A stretch of DNA of 63,695 nt, filler included, from Globobulimina sp. (GCA_003354225.1; 45 parts of 45 records of this genome joined end to end with filler, not necessarily neighbours in it), one strand, 5' to 3'. Shown: positions 1 to 12,187, counted from the whole stretch's first letter. Made by a program: numbers and translations. The notes: generated from the sequence alone by a model not told the origin.

Positions 1-789
1 TTGCTACACGGCTTACCTGTAATAAAACTAAGTTCAGATATTGCACATACCAAAAAAAAATTGGTTAAACGAATATTTCTTTTTAAAAGTGCATATAAGT
101 GGAGAGCATGTAGCTATGTTGAGTATGATATGCGAGGGTTCACGTTTAATTATTGTAAATTGCTTATTGATAAAATGTTTCAATATGCATTCCATGATAA
201 ACAAATTGATACTGTTGAGGCAGCAAAAGAAGCAGTAAATAAAGTCCTCACTCATTATATGCCAGATGATGAAATGCATTGTGATTGTTACATTAATGGT
301 TATAATTGGTGTAAAACTGCATTCGGAAATGCAGAAAACAGATCAGCTGCTCTATCGTCAGCAAAACATAATTTACCTATTGGCACCAGACAATTGTTTA
401 TGCAGTGGTTATATGCGAATCACTTAACTGATTCTGCAATAAATATTTTGCTTAAACCTGGTTGTACCTCTTTAAACGAGTCATGTAATCATATTATTAA
501 TGCATATGCGCATAAAAAGCGTCATTTGGGAGGTTTAGCATATGCTGGATGTGTCGCGCGAGGGATTGAACAATGGAATTATCCTTATAAGCATTTGGTG
601 GATGAATTATTTGCGTTTGGGATCATATTAACAAAAAAACATAATGATTGGATTGACAATTTGATTAAAACTAATAAGAAAATAAATATTGAGAGCAAAT
701 CACATAAATCTAAGTTGAAAGCTCATATTAATAAATATAATATTCCTGATACTGAATATATTGGCAATGGAAATGGTATATTTGGATGA
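1..789 (+). mobile_element. DDE transposase C-terminal part (Mutator-like or Kolobok-related), 5' truncated
   Basis: Motifs DIAHTKKKL (D/C-x2-H-x2-K), H-x6-H-x2-C-x6-WC, and TSLNESCNHIINAYAHK...Y...A...WN (catalytic Glu region). Confidence 0.55.
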
Positions 790-1319
790 TAGTTGTTGTT
801 TGTTTCTGTTATAATGTGTTTGTGTATGATTACTTTTGCACCGTAAACAAAAAGCTATTTTGCTTTGTAAATAAATTTGTTCCGTTGATTAGCTTTGCAG
901 ACGGTTTAATATGTGATGTATGGATGTTATATGCCAATATTAACACACTCACAAATACCAAAATTAGCTGTACCATTGTCAAGCTTCCATTTAAACAGAC
1001 CTAAGTTTTTTGAGCTCACTAGGAATGCCGCCATGATGGCATCCTGTGACAACGCAAGACAAGTTTGAAAGGTTGGATATCATATTACTGGTATCTGTAT
1101 TGGATATTATGAAGAAATGAAATGGATTAAAGACATACAATGGATAGAAAAATCAAGAAACAAAACAGGTAAAACACACAAAAATTAGCGGATCAATATC
1201 CTTAATAATTAAATTGATATTCATGATCAAATTACAAAATTTGCAAAAAAAAAAAATTATTTAGATCATACTGTTTTTATTTACGTGTTTGAATTTTGAT
1301 TTATTTAGATCATGCTGTT

Positions 1320-1419
1320 NNNNNNNNNNNNNNNNNNNNNNNNNNNNNNNNNNNNNNNNNNNNTTAATTAATTAANNNNNNNNNNNNNNNNNNNNNNNNN
1401 NNNNNNNNNNNNNNNNNNN
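1320..1419. other. Artificial contig linker N44-TTAATTAATTAA-N44 (first of 44)
   Basis: Identical 100-bp spacer with stop codons in all six frames recurs every 1417-1419 bp (2739-2838, 4158-4257 ... 62279-62378); contig lengths fall 1319, 1318, 1317. Confidence 0.99.
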
Positions 1420-2226
1420 TTAAACATTTGTATTTGTGTTTGTTGCTGAGAAATCTGTACATGACTTTTCCGTATTTGTTACTGTTGAGTCCGAATGCAC
1501 TGTATCTGCAGAGGTTGAACGTGCTGCTTGTAATTCAATGCCTGCTGTAATCATATTCTCTTCATTGACAATACCACAACATGTTTTGCTACAAATTTTA
1601 TGTATCCTCCCACAATATCTATTATATGTCCTTTCCGTACCTTTCATTGTTAAATAAATACACAAAGAATTTAGAAATACATCGATATTCTGCGCCATGC
1701 CATATAAATTTAAATTTGCTGCACCCATACCTCGCATATCCACGGCAATAATTAAGATCATTAAAAGCCAGAACGCCGTTCCAATGATGCTAAACGATGA
1801 CAATAATACATTTTTCATCATTACTTTTCGTAATTTCTTATCAGATTTACCACTGCTACTCGACTTTTGCAGCACCTTTTTTAATTTCGATACAAATAAC
1901 CAAAATAATGATTGATACACCAATCCAGAACAAAATAAAAACAAGAATATTGACATGAAAAAAAGGACAATTATTCGTCCACGAACTACGCAAATTGCCA
2001 AGAACGTTGCCATAAATAACAAAAAACAGCAACACGATATTGCTTTGTAACAATAAGCTGAACATGCTGAAAATTGATAAGATGTGCCATCGAATGAGAC
2101 CTTTACTCTCGTAAATAACACAATGATTAGTGTACAATAATGGGTTCCATAAACACCATTTTGAAATGCTCCTACAATCAACCAACCCCGTCTTCCAAAT
2201 GGTAACTCCCCAAAACAAAGAAACAA
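1420..2226 (-). CDS. Multi-pass (7TM/GPCR-like) membrane protein; start uncertain
   Basis: Several hydrophobic helices. Motifs RVKVSFDGTSY and DVFLNSLCIYL...Y...C...H..C are shared with the protein at 55459-56610. Confidence 0.6.
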   Translation of the reverse strand: MFLCFGELPFGRRGWLIVGAFQNGVYGTHYCTLIIVLFTRVKVSFDGTSYQFSACSAYCYKAISCCCFLLFMATFLAICVVRGRIIVLFFMSIFLFLFCSGLVYQSLFWLFVSKLKKVLQKSSSSGKSDKKLRKVMMKNVLLSSFSIIGTAFWLLMILIIAVDMRGMGAANLNLYGMAQNIDVFLNSLCIYLTMKGTERTYNRYCGRIHKICSKTCCGIVNEENMITAGIELQAARSTSADTVHSDSTVTNTEKSCTDFSATNTNTNV

Positions 2227-2888
2227 AGTCTGAAATTGAGTACTTTTAGTCTTGTCAAACGAAGTCAGTTTTCACAGAAAAGCTTTAGTTTTCGAAATCA
2301 GAGCCAATGGCTTTTAATGACCTCGTGGTGCTTAAAGGGTTAATAAAGGACGGATTGGATTGGAAGCAAGACATATTTAATAAACGCTTGTGATGGCGGT
2401 AGATCTATGTGGAGATATTATTTGTAATTTACACAACAAAAAATTAACAAACAAAATTAAATGGTCATTAAATCTGGCTCAAATTATCAACAATTAAGAT
2501 TACAATCTGTCAATACATAAGGTATCTTCTTCCCTGTTATATGAATTTGTTGTGATATTTAATGATATTTTAAATTGTGTTTGATTTAATTGATTTAACT
2601 CTTTATTCATTGAAATATATTCATTCCAAATCCAACTACGACGACCTCCATAATGTGTTGCTTTTATTTGTATACTTTTCAATGATTTATGTTTAAATAA
2701 AATATCACCCCAAAATAAACTAAAAAATGATGATAATANNNNNNNNNNNNNNNNNNNNNNNNNNNNNNNNNNNNNNNNNNNNTTAATTAATTAANNNNNN
2801 NNNNNNNNNNNNNNNNNNNNNNNNNNNNNNNNNNNNNNGTTTCTCAGAAACAATAAAAATCTGACGCTGTAAACCGGATGCTCTTATC

Positions 2889-3216
2889 TCAATAGTTGTG
2901 TTTGCTGTGCATTATCCTTTGAATTCCCATAAACGTTGTTGCTAAACACTACTTGTATAAATACTACCATATTAATTTCGAATTGTATGTTTTTGTTGGA
3001 TTTATTCAATTACGTCTGGATTTTATCCCAAACACTGCAGACACAACTATTGAACTAATTTATTCATTTTATTGTGGTGGGCGATTAACTCCAAAAGTTG
3101 AAGTCCGATCACCACAATGAAAATTAGCTCAAGAGTTGAGTGCCACAGCAGGTATATAACTAGTGACTTAATTTATTATGTGATCGATCGACTGCAAAAG
3201 TTGAAATCCGATCACT
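2889..3216. repeat. Interspersed repeat family B (inverted 21-bp arms plus hairpin units)
   Basis: 2889-2909 is the reverse complement of 3033-3053 (2 mismatches). 3033-3110 recurs at about 52023-52090. CAAAAGTTGAARTCCGATCAC occurs twice. Confidence 0.75.
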
Positions 3217-3244
3217 ATTCTCGCTTTTATTTGAAAGGTGAACG

Positions 3245-4157
3245 TCAAGAATATTTGAGCTTGAGTTGCTGTGATATTGCCTCAATTTTCAGTTTCAACT
3301 TATCAACAAATTCCTGTTCATTTAAATCATCACTTGTCATATTAATTAACTTTTCCTTTTTATTTGTATTACCAACATCATCGTCAAACATGCGATCCAA
3401 TGGATATGGTAACAGCAAGAATGCAGTTTGTCGGTATCCCAAATATCCGATACTTTTCATAATGTCCTCCTCATATTCACTCTCAACAACATTCACACTC
3501 TGCAAATACGTATTTTTTGTATTGGTCATTCCGAGTTTATATTGAAATAAATTCAATTTGTTCATCAAAATATGATCAGTATCCATTGTTTTTATCCATT
3601 TATTTATCTCTGTTTTACCGCATAATTTGTCAGACAAATCCTTTAATCGCATTGCTTGAGAAACTAACAATATCTTTGGATATTTGCCACCATCCACTTC
3701 ATTGATAACACAACTGAATGTATAATAAAACAAACATATATATATTGATTATAAAAGTAAATATATTGAATATCATACCTCAACATATCATTTCTATAAA
3801 CATTCATGCAACACATATGTGGATACAATCTCATTTGAATAATATTTGCCAAATTATCGCCCAATTTCATCCGTGTTGAGACTTTGATGAATTTATCATC
3901 GATAATATTATAATGCAATAAAGCCGCAATATTATACAAATCCAAATAATCATTAAATACTCGCAAAGTATCCGTAATTTTATGATGTAAATCTCCGGCA
4001 ATCACAGGGATTTTAGGTTTATTTTTTTTAAACGATAGTCTCGACACAAAATCCAAAGCAGCTTCAAAGCCATACGAAGATATTTCCGTTTTATAATATT
4101 TTTTGCTTAATCCATAAAACAAGCGACCAATATGGATTTGCAGCATTTTGAAAGGAG
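3245..4157 (-). CDS. Hypothetical protein, 5' truncated, intron 3714-3778
   Basis: Removing the 65-nt GTATGA...CAG intron joins ORFs 3664-4146 and 3245-3733 in frame. Confidence 0.65.
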
Positions 4158-4482
4158 NNNNNNNNNNNNNNNNNNNNNNNNNNNNNNNNNNNNNNNNNNN
4201 NTTAATTAATTAANNNNNNNNNNNNNNNNNNNNNNNNNNNNNNNNNNNNNNNNNNNNAAACTCTGTATCATGTAATTCGTCAGTGAGCAATTGAAGCCCG
4301 ATCAGCTTTTCCATGCTGCGAGTAAAGTCACGTAGAACTAAGGAAAGGTTTTGTTGTTATTCTAAATTTCGGACAAAATGTAACACCGCGCAATAAAAAT
4401 AACCACAAATTGTACGAATCACAATGCAACATAAGAAATACAAATAAAAGTAAGTTTTAAGTTTTTTATATCAACGGAAGAT

Positions 4483-5576
4483 TTAAGAAAGATATTGATC
4501 AAAGATCTCATTATTATACTCCACCACATTCAAAATCGATTCAAACGAGACAGATGATCCAATATAAAATGTATTTTTATTTTTGCCCTGCATTTCATCT
4601 TTAACAATCCACGGATATCCCGCATGAATATCATCAATACTCCAAATAGGATGATAATCAAACACTTTCTGAAAAATAATTTTTACTTCTTTTTCACCCC
4701 AATTCTCTAGATCGCCCAATAATATCTCCTTAAAATGTTTCGAATCTGCCTCCTTATCTTCAAGCGGTTCACGAATCTCATATTGATACGTTATCCCACG
4801 ATCTTTCGTCAGTTTTCCACTTTTCACCAATTTATCATACTCTTCGTGATCTAACCAACATTTTAATGAATTCCTCTGTGCGCCCATATGCCCACTCGCT
4901 GCCCACAACACATTCGGCCAGAACTCCACCACTCGTTCATGCAAATTATCCGTATCAGTGGCCGACTCATATAATGTACTGCAGAATGTATGCGGCGAAA
5001 TGGCAGAAAATATCTTCTGTTCTTCAGCCGTCGCATCACTTAAAAACGCCAACGATTTCCGCACACCGCATGCTAAAATTAAATAATCGCATTCAATGTC
5101 GATTACTTTAAACGTCCCACTCTTCTCCTCATCATATTTTATCTCCACATCATCGGCAGCATCAGGATGGTCATCGATTGCCGCAATTTTTTCTACAACA
5201 TAACTAACTGTGGTTTGCTTTGCAGCATCATTCAAATATCGATTGACAGACTGAATCTGCGCATTTTTGATGATATTCATGTCGTGTTTTTTAGCCATGC
5301 GTTCCATGATACTCGTAAAGCCTTTGCGCAGTACCAACACAGCGGGATGCCCCACAATCGTGGTCCAAACCGGCGCCATTACCAATTGCGGGTTATTCCA
5401 ATATACGCCGTAATAAGCGGGGATTTTATCCAATACGCCATAGCCTTGTCCGGTTTGCGAGTATACAAAAAAAGGAATTAAAGCTTCCACACCTTCGTTC
5501 TGAATGAATTTTAAAAACGAACAATTAATTCTTTCCAACAATTCCGCTGTTTTTGGTTTCGGCGGGAAACCATATC
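4483..5576 (-). CDS. FAD-dependent oxidoreductase, polyenoic/linoleate fatty acid isomerase (PAI)-like, 5' truncated
   Basis: QGYGVLDKIPAYY and QGKNKNTFYIGSSVSFESILNVVEY resemble the PAI-family GYG.FD.VPA.Y and QG..NTFYAG...SF.....V..Y segments. Confidence 0.65.
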
Positions 5577-5806
5577 NNNNNNNNNNNNNNNNNNNNNNNN
5601 NNNNNNNNNNNNNNNNNNNNTTAATTAATTAANNNNNNNNNNNNNNNNNNNNNNNNNNNNNNNNNNNNNNNNNNNNCTTGAAAATGATTTTTAGTCTTTG
5701 AGTATTTCAATTTAATTTACATATACTGTATCATCCATATTTTAAATTTACATATATTGAAAATAAAAAACGTTGCTTGAGTGAGTCACACAATCCTGAC
5801 AGCAAA

Positions 5807-6382
5807 ATGGGCAGTATATGTGCAGCAAATCCACCAATAAAGCAAGATGATTTAAATCGTATGGAAAAATCATACTTTTTAACTCGATCGGAAATATTAA
5901 AATTATATAAATTGTGGGAAGAGTTAGGTGGAAATTATTACAATGAGCCAAGGATTGTATTATCAAATAAATTGATTACTTCCATCCCAAATTTGACCGT
6001 AAATCCATGGGCATCACGTATTTGTTTTATATTTTCATCACAAAGAGATCCTTTATCCGGTCTATGTTCATTAAATTTTGATAATTTATTATCAATGGTC
6101 AACGCATTTCATTTTAGAACCCCAATGGAAATAAAAGTATTTTGGATATTTAAATTGTATGATTATGACAATGATAATTTAATTGGACGCACAGATTGCC
6201 ATCACTGCGTTCGATGTATTGTTGGAGCAACAATGTCTGATCATGAAATTAAAGAAATTGTGCAAAGAGTGTTTGCCGAAACTGATTTGGATGGCGACAA
6301 TACATTATCTGCGGGTGAGTTTGCTTCTGTTATGCGACGATTTCATGTCGGCTTTAACCCAAAATTCTCCATAAAAATTTGA
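5807..6382 (+). CDS. Calcium- and integrin-binding (CIB)/calcineurin B-like EF-hand protein
   Basis: N-terminal MG (possible myristoylation), LTRSEILKLYKLW, NPWASRICFIFS, EF loops DYDNDNLIG and DLDGDNTLSAGEF. Confidence 0.85.
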   Translation: MGSICAANPPIKQDDLNRMEKSYFLTRSEILKLYKLWEELGGNYYNEPRIVLSNKLITSIPNLTVNPWASRICFIFSSQRDPLSGLCSLNFDNLLSMVNAFHFRTPMEIKVFWIFKLYDYDNDNLIGRTDCHHCVRCIVGATMSDHEIKEIVQRVFAETDLDGDNTLSAGEFASVMRRFHVGFNPKFSIKI

Positions 6383-6565
6383 TTTCTTTCTTTTTCATTT
6401 TCTTTATTTCTTAATTTATGTATAAAAAATGAGCTTGAATACCAATGTAGTTTTTTATTTAAGGTCAAATTTTATTTAACATGTACACAACACTCAAGTT
6501 TTGAAGAAGGTCGTAACTCTGATCCATCCGAAACAAAAGCACCCATTGCGTGCAGCCATACATAG

Positions 6566-6750
6566 TCTGGATATGTTGGCCTCTCCAATCAGGGCGCCAC
6601 CTGTTATCTCAACTCACTCTTGCAATGCCTATATATGACATCATGATCGTATCATAATTCACAAATTTAGCAATCAATATTCAAAATTCACAACCGAAAT
6701 AGAAACAATTGCATAATTCAGTTCCGAATTTAGAAATAATTACCAATTCA
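6566..6750 (+). pseudogene. Ubiquitin-specific protease (USP7/USP47-like) Cys-box fragment
   Basis: SGYVGLSNQGATCYLNSLLQCLYMTS, then TGA at 6644; the EFRN continuation resumes at 6726. Confidence 0.7.
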
Positions 6751-7158
6751 TACAGCCAAAAACCACTTTCTCTAATTACTAGTAAATCCTGTCATCAATC
6801 CACATATCTGACATTTATCATCTGATCATCACACATGTCTCAATCAATTAATAATTTAAGCATGTCCGGTTCAGAGAATTTGGCAAAACAATTTGAGAAA
6901 AGTTTTATGATATTGACTAATTCCGATTTTTTTTTATCAACAAAACATAAAATTGGATTAAGTGAATACAAGTTTCAAATTTTAAATGAAAGTCANNNNN
7001 NNNNNNNNNNNNNNNNNNNNNNNNNNNNNNNNNNNNNNNTTAATTAATTAANNNNNNNNNNNNNNNNNNNNNNNNNNNNNNNNNNNNNNNNNNNNATTGA
7101 ATTATTAGCATATTTGCCAAACAAATAACAAAGAGCATCAGGTTTTCAGCGTCAGATC

Positions 7159-7871
7159 ATGTTGGGCTATCTTTATTCTCTGGCGGAAGCGCAAATTGGT
7201 GTCAAGCCTGCAGCTGAGCAGCCACGGAACTCAGACTGCAAAAGCGGTCATGATGGTATGGAGAATGACAAACAATTGGCGAAAATGGCTGCGGATCAAA
7301 TGAATGTAGCAAAAGCAGATTATAAAGAAATCTCTAATGTTATTAGCAACTTGCACAAAAAATACAAATCAACCACAGAGGAATGTCACCACGGTAAATA
7401 TGTTATTTCTGAATCAAAGTTTGAACGATGGGCTAAAGCAAAAGCAAAAGAAATATGCCGTATGTTTGTATATATTATTTTTTCTTTCGCAAATTCGCAA
7501 TATATTATTAAAATAAAACAAAAACAGCCACCGATAAGAAATTGCAGGGCGAAGTGGCCGATAAATTGGTTCAACTCTCCTATGTTGACTGTGGATATGA
7601 GACATCAATTAAAGTACAATTAGATTATTCCTATGCTGGTAGACAAAAGACAAAATGTGTATTTTTGTTGGCCAAAGGTTTGCCAAATGATAAAATTGGT
7701 GTTGTGTATGGTTTATATTCGTATGAATGGAATGAAGCGGATAATTATAAATTAAATTGCGAATATTGGGAGACTCCACAGAAAAAGAAAAAATTAAAAA
7801 ATTGGATATTGTATAGAGCTGCCAAACGAGCATATGAGGCAATCACAAATGAATTAGAATTAATGTGTTAA
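7159..7871 (+). CDS. Hypothetical protein, intron 7460-7527
   Basis: A 68-nt GTATG...AAACAG intron joins two ORFs in frame. Confidence 0.7.
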
Positions 7872-8089
7872 GCAGTAATAATTAGTTATGTATATACTGT
7901 TAATTGTATTCTAATTCTAATTTCTAATTCAATTCAAATCATTTCTTAGTGTTTTGAAGATATTCGTAAACAAATCAAATGTCTGTCTTCTTAAAATACA
8001 GCCCGATGAAGCTCGTACTGTATATGATTTCTTTATTTATTTCATTATTAAAGTGAAAACTTGTAAGCCTCAAGTCCAAAGTCCAAACA

Positions 8090-8414
8090 ATGTTTGAGGA
8101 GATAATCTCAGCTGGAATAGTATCAATTATTGTATTAATGTTATTAATAACATTACCCGGTGAAGCTCCATTGAAAAGATTGCTGTCAAAACACGCAATC
8201 TCTAAATTATTCTATTACTATGCAACCTTTTACTTAACCTTTGCAGTTATATTAATATTTTGGACTATTTGCAATTGGGGCTGGAAATCCATCTCATTCC
8301 AAAGCTATACAATCATAGAAAAATTAGAAAGAAGAATTACGAAGTTATTATTATTAATTATATTAGTTATCCCATGTCGATATATATTGCGTTTGATGAT
8401 TATCCCACCATCAA
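8090..8414 (+). CDS. Membrane protein N-terminus (3 TM, possibly BAP31-like), 3' truncated
   Basis: ATG-initiated hydrophobic ORF running into the linker. Confidence 0.4.
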
Positions 8415-8516
8415 NNNNNNNNNNNNNNNNNNNNNNNNNNNNNNNNNNNNNNNNNNNNTTAATTAATTAANNNNNNNNNNNNNNNNNNNNNNNNNNNNNN
8501 NNNNNNNNNNNNNNGT

Positions 8517-9313
8517 AAGACCAATGGCAAAACAAACAGTGCGTTTGCGAACCCACATTCCACCGCCAATGTATTTTCTGCGAGCGGCACATTAGTCCAT
8601 GAAGAAATTGTTGCAAATTGGAAAGTGTATTGTTCGTATAAAAGTATTTTATGTGTGATATTGTTATTATTTTCTATGGCTTCAGTGTCATCGGGAGAGG
8701 CATTTAGAGCATGGGAGAAAAAAAATGATTCAAAAATATGTAGTAATTCACCAATTGGTGCGGATACAAAAGAAACAAATTTATTCGGCAATTTTAGTGT
8801 TGCAGCGTATGTTCAAAGTACATCTAAATGAAAATGCGATTTTGCGATTTATTTTATATATAATATTATATATATTATACATAATAAACACACAGATTAT
8901 TCATCACATTGATTGTATGTATTTGGTGTTTTTTCTCTTATATTAAAATGCGTGCGGTTTATAAAAATCCAAATATAAATGTGACAATTAAAAATATTCA
9001 ACACGAGAAAAAATTAAAGCGAATAGATATAATTGGAATTATCATTGGTTTTATTGTGTTAACTGTCGGTATTTCTATCTTAGGAACAGATATAAGTTCG
9101 GATATTATGAATGTTTCCACTGATTGTGACGATACACAATATTTATTCGATGGAACAAGAGCAATATCCATAGCCAAAGCATTTAATATTCTGCATATCT
9201 GCTATTGGATGGCTATATTACTTGCTATCATTTACATAACAACCACGAAATATTATTGTTTAAGAGGACAAAATAAAGGCAAATGGATTGAGAGAGTAAA
9301 TTCAAAATGTTAA
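8517..9313 (+). CDS. Hypothetical membrane protein, intron 8807-8895
   Basis: An 89-nt GT-AG intron joins two ORFs in frame; several TM segments. Confidence 0.55.
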
Positions 9314-9932
9314 CTGTTGATAAAACTGAATATTTTTTGTTTGTTTGTCAGTTCATTCCGAAAATCTCTTTTAAGTGAACTAGTCACACAGTTGTGAAAA
9401 ACAGCACTGCATAATTTGACCATCTACTTTGAAGTATTTTGAACATACTAGCAATGTGTTTTTAGTACTTTTTACGACAAAAAATGGAAATATCAAATAT
9501 TATGTTATTTATCGATTACCAATGAATGTTTAATCATATTTTCGCGTTTCTTGACAAGAAACTTAATTATTTATTACTCATTCCATTTGTATACATCTGA
9601 CAATATTTTGGATCTTTGTTTCTTCCCACGTACTTTGTCCAATAAATCCGATGTCAATTGGCAATTGCAATCGTAATAATTAACATTTCCCTATCTTTGT
9701 TATCCAATAATATTCCAATTACTTAACAACGGCACTACCATGGTTTTAAAAAAGGAGACATCTTTTTTTAATGAAAAAGGAGACATTGTATTTTTCCATT
9801 TTTTCATTTTCATTTAAACTTTGCCAATTTGCNNNNNNNNNNNNNNNNNNNNNNNNNNNNNNNNNNNNNNNNNNNNTTAATTAATTAANNNNNNNNNNNN
9901 NNNNNNNNNNNNNNNNNNNNNNNNNNNNNNNN

Positions 9933-11250
9933 CTCGTCGACAAATATTAAAATCGATGGTATTGTGTCCACATTCAATGCAATATCAACAAAAGAAATAT
10001 AATAAGAATAATAATAATAATAATAATGACGCACAAATAGTTGATACAGTTTGTGATGAAAAAGAAGGGTTTTCCGCAGGTTGTGATTGGAATGGTGGCT
10101 CTTTGAAGGATTTGATGACAAAACATTTATCAAAATGTGTGACAACATTTAATCCCTTATTTTGTAAAAATATGACAATACAAAAATTAGAAAAAGAAAT
10201 TGATGAAATGAAGCAAGAAAATGATGAATTAAGCAAACAATTAAATGAATCACGCCAAAATAATAAAAAATTAAGTCAACAAATCAAAGAATTACAAAGT
10301 GAATTAAGTGAACAACTTGTGATGAAAATGGTGAATGAAGAGAATAAATTTAATGATAACGAGAGCCAACAAACCAAGAAAGAAAACAATAAATTAAAAC
10401 AAGAAAATATAACATTAAAACAAGAAATAAATAATTTAAAACAAGACAGAAATAAAAAAGCTGCATTAAATGAAGAAACATCGTGGAAACAAAAGTTTTC
10501 ATTTCTGTCCAATTCCAAATATCGATGGTTTTTATGCGAAAATAATGAGGAAAAGAAAGAGAATGAATGTAATCTAAAAATACAATGTGTTAAAATATTA
10601 AAAGAGAATCCAAATTCAATTCAATTTTTAAATGGAGAAATAATTTCAAATATTTCATCCGATTTATTATTCACAACACCTCCAATCAATAATATTTGTG
10701 AAATAATTAATACGTTTACTAAAAATATTCAATTTCTATTTTGCACTCAAATTATTAAAGAAAGGTTTGAATTTGATGTTTATTGCAAAAAATATTGCAA
10801 AGTCATTGAAAATGGAACGCGATGCATATCATTGGGAGCTGGCTATTTTGGAGAGGATCTTTATTACGTTTGTTGTGTGAGCAGTATTGGATGGAATGAA
10901 GGTGTGCATGAATGGAACATTAAATTTACAAAAACAGATTATGCGAGAATTGGATTGGTATCAAATTATAAACCTGCAGTCAAGGCTGATGTACAGATGT
11001 TGAGAGACCTTGGAAGTTTTGCATGTTATTGTGATGGAGGAGCAATCAATGTGAATGGTTGGGAGAGCACTAAATCAGTTTTAAAGTGGAAGTCCGGAGA
11101 TATAATCAGAGTTCGATTGGATTGTAATTTTTGGACAGTTTGTTTTTGGAAAAATGGTGAATTTGTGTTTGAAGCAGAATTGAAAGACAAAAATAAAATC
11201 TATTATCCTGCCGTACAAATAGAGACAAAGAAGTCTGGAGATAATGATTT
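9933..11250 (+). CDS. TRAF-type zinc finger + coiled coil + SPRY/B30.2 protein (partial)
   Basis: CPH...CDWNG..KDL..KHL..C, heptad coiled coil, GWNEGVHEWNIK...IGLVS...GDIIRVRLDC...FWKNG...YYPAV. Confidence 0.75.
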
Positions 11251-11375
11251 NNNNNNNNNNNNNNNNNNNNNNNNNNNNNNNNNNNNNNNNNNNNTTAATT
11301 AATTAANNNNNNNNNNNNNNNNNNNNNNNNNNNNNNNNNNNNNNNNNNNNTTTTGATTTTATTAAATATTTATTC

Positions 11376-12092
11376 CTATCCTTTAATTCTTTTATAATTG
11401 TCATTAAATCTAAAACTTTTTCATTTAAATCATTTAACTGTGCCTCCATAACAATTAATTGCATATCCTTATCATCAAAAGAATAGGTTTTGAGTTTTCC
11501 AATTTTATGATCACAACAATCCTCATCATCTGCGTCAATCTATGCAGTCATTTATATGTTTTTATATTTATAGAATATTTATTTTGTACAAATGTACTGT
11601 GGTTTGCACAACAAATATATCAAATTACTAAACAATATCCTCAGCGGACTGCCTTTGTGCTTGTTTTTCAATCAATATATGTTCGTATGCATCAATACTC
11701 GATGCAGAGGATGTGTCCATGTCTTCTGTTTCCGAGTCTTGCTGATATCCAATGGGAGTGCTTAATGGCGAAATTGGTGATATATCATAATGATATTTAT
11801 GACTGCCATGTTTTGGCGATGGATTTTGTGATTTATATTGACTCTCAGTGGATGTCTATATTTATGTGGAAATGTAGATTGTTATCAGTTATATATTTAT
11901 ATTATTGCATACTTGATGAAACAAAGGGAAATCATAAGTAACGCCATGTGTTGGCTCTATATCCACATACGCCTGAAGTACAAATGTCTATTTTTAGTGA
12001 TATAGTAAATGATATAGATTTATTTTTCCATATATATATACCCTTTGCGCGGTGTGCATATCCAAACAACTGCAATCGAGTGAAGCGGACAT
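11376..12092 (-). CDS. Hypothetical four-exon protein (absent from the ORF track)
   Basis: ATG at 12092. Three phase-0 GT-AG introns splice to one open frame MSASLDCSC...QR/TFVLQAY...HQ/TSTESQY...EDI/IDADDED...IKG, then TAG. Confidence 0.65.
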
Positions 12093-12187
12093 TGAATGTA
12101 TGAATGTGGTAAACTTTTATTTGTTTTCAGTACCGGAGTGTCAAAGTTTGGATCATCACAATTTGTAAGGAGCTAATTTAATTTAAA

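Noticed and set aside
975-1045. Kolobok-type TTAA terminus after the transposase
   Set aside because: TTAA is common in this AT-rich DNA and the other end is unavailable for comparison.
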